DNA from: Candidatus Nomurabacteria bacterium
Lineage (GTDB): Bacteria; Patescibacteriota; Dojkabacteria; SC72; JAHDCA01
Direction of reading: 5' to 3'
Assembly (NCBI GenBank): GCA_020632395.1
Contig: JACKFQ010000001.1
Span: 136,762-200,761 of the forward strand
DNA: 64,000 nt
Within the stretch, counting starts at the first letter, position 1. Each line of letters opens with the position of its first letter. Below are positions 60,260 through 64,000 of this stretch, piece by piece. A model generated the notes under the pieces. It saw nothing but the letters and a program-made list of their open reading frames with translations, was not told where the DNA came from and searched no databases. The position numbers and the translations under genes were made by a program.

Positions 60260-60620
60260 CTTCGGGGAAACTTGGTGGGCAAGACTACTTTTTTTTATGC
60301 TTGCTTAGTTCCATTGTGAGTACTCCTACCAGTTCCTTGAGCTGCTGGTTCTCACGTTTGAGACGGTTGTGCTCTGACTTGCTCACATCACTTACCTTTT
60401 CCTTGAGCCAACTGTAGATGGTTTGGATTGTCACTCCGTACTGATCTGCAACCTCCTGTACTCTGGCTCCCGATTTCTCCTTGCTCAGTATCTCCTCTTT
60501 TACCTCTTTTGCTATGGTTGCCATTTTCCCTGTATACTAAACTTAGATCGCAGGAACCTGTAGTCGACATTCTAATGCCGATTTACTAAAACTCCTACTG
60601 TCTAGTATATGGGGGTCACC
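59433..60620 (-). mobile_element. IS3-family insertion sequence (~1.2 kb) with imperfect ~35-40 bp terminal inverted repeats
   Basis: IR at 59436-59475 (CAAGACCCCCATTTTTTAGACAGTCCTAAATTTAG). Its partner at 60580-60619 is the reverse complement of GACCCCCATATACTAGACAGTAGGAGTTTTAGTAAAT. OrfA and OrfB overlap, with an A8G slippery run at ~60283-60292. Confidence 0.7.
60285..60524 (-). CDS. IS3-family transposase OrfA (HTH)
   Basis: 79 aa with an HTH (VQEVADQYGVTIQTIYSWLK) and a leucine-zipper-like tail. It is followed by the A8G frameshift site. Confidence 0.7.
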   Translation of the reverse strand: MATIAKEVKEEILSKEKSGARVQEVADQYGVTIQTIYSWLKEKVSDVSKSEHNRLKRENQQLKELVGVLTMELSKHKKK

Positions 60621-61001
60621 TCAATTCTCATCCATAAAAGATTTAAGTTCAGCTAAGTCTTTTTTGTCTTTATCATAATATAGCGTTGTAATCCCAACAG
60701 ATTTTGCACTTTCAACTGCTTCTGCATTATGTTCAAAGTAGACAACATCTTCTGCTCTGAGATCGTACTGTTTTAACATTAGTTTATAGTATTCTGGATC
60801 AGTCTTCTCAGGATCATGTTTCAATGTAAACACTTCATATGGCATTTTATCCAATCCAAACATTTTCATTTGTTCATCGTTTGCCCCCGTAAGAATAATT
60901 TTTCTATTTGGGTATGATTCGAGCAGATTGTGCATCTCTGTAAAAATACCTTCATCCTTTAAAACAAAAGCATTTATAGCATCAACTAATATAACTTTCA
61001 T
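60621..61001 (-). CDS. HAD-like small hydrolase (weak assignment)
   Basis: 126 aa with KVILVDAINAF...ILTGAND. Motif I is degenerate. Confidence 0.35.
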   Translation of the reverse strand: MKVILVDAINAFVLKDEGIFTEMHNLLESYPNRKIILTGANDEQMKMFGLDKMPYEVFTLKHDPEKTDPEYYKLMLKQYDLRAEDVVYFEHNAEAVESAKSVGITTLYYDKDKKDLAELKSFMDEN

Positions 61002-61021
61002 ATTATTTATAAATAAATTTA

Positions 61022-61677
61022 AATAATTCCCACAACTTTATTAAAAATTGCTTTACCCAATAATCCATGATTATCAGCATCTATATGAACACCATCAGAT
61101 CCAACTGTAACAAAATCGGAAGAAGATAAAAATTCACAACTGTTTCTTTTTGCAATATCCTTGTACATTACAGGTAAGTACTCGTTTAGTTCTTACGATC
61201 TGCTATATCTCTTTTGAGCATATTCCTTTGTAAGATCCAATATTGGTGGAGATATTAACAGCAGACTTGGAGTTTTATCTGAAAATTGGGATTCTCTATT
61301 CAGAATAATTTTAACATAATGGTTTTCAACTACTGAGGCAAATTGCTCATAGGTCGTTTGAAAAGAGTCCTTCAATTCATTTGTACCAAGCATAAGAATT
61401 ACTAAATCTACTGGATCATGTGTATCTAAGCAAGGTATTAAGTAGGTTGAGCCATTCCTTCCTTCTTTTCCTTCCTTTCCCTCTGGTCATCACTATTAAG
61501 AGTTCTGCTATTTAAGCCTTCTTCAATAACTTCATAGTTGTCTCCTAATTTTTGCTGTAATATACCTGTCCTTCTAGTATCAGCAGGGAATCGCTCATGC
61601 CCAGATGAGGGTATGTATCCCCATGTGTAGGAGTCACCGTAGCAAAGTATTCTTTTTAGGTTTGGTTTTGTGTTCAT
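61022..61677 (-). pseudogene. SGNH/GDSL hydrolase gene disrupted by two frameshifts (three ORF fragments)
   Basis: The fragment 61438-61677 carries LCYGDSYTWG (block I GDS). The fragment 61193-61393 is the middle part. My translation of 61022-61180 gives ...GSDGVHIDADNHGLLGKAIFNKVVGII (block V DGxH). A CT-rich slippery tract lies at 61450-61480. Confidence 0.55.
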
Positions 61678-62414
61678 TTTAAAGTATAACCCCCATCTAC
61701 ATAGATAATCTGCCCTGTCATTGCATCATTTTTAGCTAGAAAAACGAAAGCATCGGCAGTTTCTTCCAATGTAACCCATCTTTTAAGATATGTTCCGTTT
61801 AACCACTTTTCAATTTTTTCTTCTGGTTGATTATCATATACACGAGTCTTTACATAACCAGGTGCAACTGCATTTACTTGAATTTCGGGTGCAACGGACT
61901 TAGCTAATGTCCGTGTAAAACTATTAATTGCAGCTTTTGATACTGCATAGCCAACTGATCCACCTCCATACTCCCAACCCTTTATTGAAGATGTGTTTAT
62001 AATCTTTCCTGATTTTTGTTTCTTCATAACATCAATAGCATATTTAGAGCATAACATTGCATTGACGATATTTAGGTTGAATAAATCTAATATATCCTTT
62101 TGTTTCGCTTCAAAGTATGGAACTAACTCAGTTGGGGATGCACCGTTGTTGATTAAAATATCAACTGTGCCAAATTCCTTTACTACAGTTTCAAACAACT
62201 TTTTTATATCTTCTTCAACCGATAAATCTGCTTTTACGATTATCGACTCCACATTGTATTTTTTAATTTCTTGCTGAGTTTCTTTTGCTCCATCTTCATT
62301 TTCATGATAGTGAATGACAATCTTTGAACCTTCTTGTGCAAATCTTTTAGCTGTAGCTTGTCCAATCCCGCTAGAAGATCCTGTAATTAGTACAACTTTA
62401 TTTTTTAACTCCAT
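61674..62414 (-). CDS. Short-chain dehydrogenase/reductase (FabG-like)
   Basis: TGSSSGIGQATAKRF (TGxxxGxG), NNGA, and the S...YAVSKAA (YxxxK) catalytic motif. Confidence 0.8.
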   Translation of the reverse strand: MELKNKVVLITGSSSGIGQATAKRFAQEGSKIVIHYHENEDGAKETQQEIKKYNVESIIVKADLSVEEDIKKLFETVVKEFGTVDILINNGASPTELVPYFEAKQKDILDLFNLNIVNAMLCSKYAIDVMKKQKSGKIINTSSIKGWEYGGGSVGYAVSKAAINSFTRTLAKSVAPEIQVNAVAPGYVKTRVYDNQPEEKIEKWLNGTYLKRWVTLEETADAFVFLAKNDAMTGQIIYVDGGYTLK

Positions 62415-62433
62415 AATGTTTTTTGTTAATAAT

Positions 62434-63468
62434 TTATTTATCTAAAATTTCTGATTCAATAGCCTTATATTTTTCCTTAACCTCTTCACCACTATAAAAG
62501 TCCAGCAGATCCTTATCAGATAACTTCCCATCGGATAAAAATTTCTCTAGATATTCTTGATTAAACTGCATCAATAATAATGATTTTTCAAGTTGGTTTA
62601 AAATTTCATTGTTATTCCTAATATTTGTTTCAACGAGTGTCTTTATTGAGAAAAGAGTATCAATATCCTTTATTATTCTCTTTAATATAATTGTAAGAGT
62701 TTTATCATCAAAATCAACTTCCTTAGAGTTGAGAACAATGTCTCGAGCTAAATTATAGGCAATTGTTAGGTTAGAATAATCTCCCTTTTGAGAATCTACT
62801 ATCACAATAAATCCTACTCCTTGAATATATGCAACAGAATCTGTCAGCTTCAAAATACTGTTATCAACCAACGATATATCTAAAACTATAATTCCGACCT
62901 TTGCATTTCTATTAGCTTTGGCTTCAATTACTTGACTCCAAGCTGTATCGAATTTCTTTGTAAAAATATCTTTATCAGCAATGTCGCCAAGCTTTATTGA
63001 CTTATCAAACTTAGCCTCAATTGCAATCCTTTTATCTTCATTACCATCAACATAGCAAAGAATATCACCAGTCTTGTTCTTGTCGATCTCTCCTTGCATA
63101 GTACCAGTAGTTTCAGCTTTATCACCTAGTTTCTTTTCTTTGAAATAGTTATTTAAAAACTCAGTAATATCTTCCTCTGCCATCATTCCCTTAACTGTTG
63201 TTTTATAGAATATCTCCTTTTTCATTTCAAAGATCATTTTGAGGCTCTCTAGCTCTGTTCCTAACTCGTTTTGAGTCTTAGCAAGAAACGCTGATAACCT
63301 ATCCTCCATTTGAGCAAGTACTCCGATATATAGTGCTTGAAAGAATTTGTCATCTCTTTGTTCACTTGGTAATGAATCAAAGTAATTGAAGACAATCTCA
63401 TTATCAATTTCTGCTTTATTTATTTTCAGTTTTTTTAGTTTTTGATCAAGTGATACTAGATTTGCCAT
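62434..63468 (-). CDS. Hypothetical protein with a PD-(D/E)xK-like motif (ILCYVDG...RIAIEAKF), partner gene of the upstream OLD-family nuclease
   Basis: 344 aa, no Walker A. The D...ExK pattern sits in a predicted beta-strand context, flanked by coiled-coil-like N- and C-terminal regions. It starts 2 nt after the upstream gene's stop. Confidence 0.3.
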   Translation of the reverse strand: MANLVSLDQKLKKLKINKAEIDNEIVFNYFDSLPSEQRDDKFFQALYIGVLAQMEDRLSAFLAKTQNELGTELESLKMIFEMKKEIFYKTTVKGMMAEEDITEFLNNYFKEKKLGDKAETTGTMQGEIDKNKTGDILCYVDGNEDKRIAIEAKFDKSIKLGDIADKDIFTKKFDTAWSQVIEAKANRNAKVGIIVLDISLVDNSILKLTDSVAYIQGVGFIVIVDSQKGDYSNLTIAYNLARDIVLNSKEVDFDDKTLTIILKRIIKDIDTLFSIKTLVETNIRNNNEILNQLEKSLLLMQFNQEYLEKFLSDGKLSDKDLLDFYSGEEVKEKYKAIESEILDK

Positions 63469-63469
63469 G

Positions 63470-64000
63470 TTATTTGTAAATTAATTTAATTTTCTCTTTG
63501 AATGAATCGGTTAGTCTATAGTTCTCATTACTTACCTCTGTTAGAGCAATAAAAGGTTTATTCTTTTTATTTCCATCCGTGATACCAATTTCTTCTTCAA
63601 TATCATTTTCAAGAATAACTGTGCATCCTAAGCTACTATCTACAGAATCTTCAATTCTCTTTGAATCAGCATCAGCTTTACTCTTATCAGAATCTTTCTT
63701 ATTGCTTTGATGATCTTTATCATAAACCGCTACATAAGGGATTTTAAAGCTATTTAATAGGTGAATATATAGTGGAATACTACTTTTACCTCCACAGTCA
63801 ATTATTGTATATCCGTGTTTAAAAGCCTCAATTGATTTTGCCAAATACGGAATTATTGTCTTATCAGAAGGACCTTCAACTAAAATAGTTTTTTCTGAAA
63901 AGAATAGTTCTCCACGATCTGGGTTGATCCAGTAGGAGAGATTAAAGTGTTTTTTATCATCTATCTCACTAAATAAATCAGTTGTGCATTGGAAGCAGTC
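63470..64000 (-). CDS. OLD-family (overcoming lysogenization defect / GajA-like) ATPase-nuclease, C-terminal Toprim part only. The gene continues beyond the window edge
   Basis: My translation of the minus strand to the window end gives ...SEKTILVEGPSDKTIIPYLAKSIEAFKHGYTIIDCGGKSSIPLYIHLLNSFKIPYVAVYDKDH... This is a Toprim signature: EGxSD ... DxD. The ATPase N-terminus would lie outside the window. Confidence 0.55.
   Translation of the reverse strand, partial: DCFQCTTDLFSEIDDKKHFNLSYWINPDRGELFFSEKTILVEGPSDKTIIPYLAKSIEAFKHGYTIIDCGGKSSIPLYIHLLNSFKIPYVAVYDKDHQSNKKDSDKSKADADSKRIEDSVDSSLGCTVILENDIEEEIGITDGNKKNKPFIALTEVSNENYRLTDSFKEKIKLIYK

Noticed and set aside
1-64000. CRISPR arrays, rRNA genes, integrase genes, prophage structural genes
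   Set aside because: No regularly spaced direct repeats, no rRNA-like conserved stretches, and no recognisable tyrosine or serine recombinase or phage capsid/terminase proteins were found anywhere in the window.

Overview
This 64 kb window comes from a low-GC (~37-38%) bacterial chromosome with tightly packed, often overlapping genes. The gene content (POR/ACD fermentative pair, C-terminally extended ribosomal protein L19, many small membrane/surface proteins, DUF4214 low-complexity proteins) is reminiscent of small-genome, possibly CPR/Patescibacteria-like bacteria. That lineage call is inference only.

Most of the window is core housekeeping:
- tandem signal peptidase I genes
- eight tRNAs: Glu-TTC, Leu-TAG, Thr-CGT, Gly-CCC, Lys-TTT, Gly-TCC, Gln-TTG, plus the ones flanking a zinc-ribbon mini-ORF
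- RNase HII, YraN, MnmA, iPGM, L19, an FKBP PPIase
- DnaE, UvrC, UvrB, MutL (with the DQHAx2Ex4E endonuclease motif), RsmI
- an ABC exporter pair and Fe/Mn SOD
- flavodoxin + 2-oxoacid:ferredoxin oxidoreductase alpha/beta + ADP-forming acetyl-CoA synthetase
- PyrD
- a polyprenyl-phosphate glycosylation module (GT2 + UPF0104 + GT-C)
- a HelD-like helicase and an SPFH protein

The accessory and unusual content is:
- a five-gene minus-strand operon of membrane/surface proteins (29850-30581 through 26164-26991) that includes a cysteine-free transglutaminase-like protein, a PKD-domain protein and a small membrane protein with an Rx4H HEPN-like motif, next to an XRE regulator and a Q/N- and Gly-rich DUF4214 protein
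- an ATP-cone + Mrr-like restriction-endonuclease fusion that overlaps pyrD by 4 nt
- a giant DUF5060/DUF4038 (GH140-like) surface protein
- a GC-rich, hairpin-dense ~240 bp segment immediately 3' of tRNA-Gln that carries an 18-nt perfect direct repeat of the tRNA 3' end
- a 3'-terminal AT-rich island (~58.7-64 kb) holding an IS3-family element (OrfA/OrfB with an A8G slippery site), a frameshifted SGNH hydrolase pseudogene, HAD and SDR genes, and, running off the window edge, the Toprim C-terminus of an OLD-family ATPase-nuclease followed by an unrecognised 344-aa protein with a PD-(D/E)xK-like motif

That last pair is the best candidate here for an undescribed two-gene defence system. No CRISPR array or rRNA was seen.
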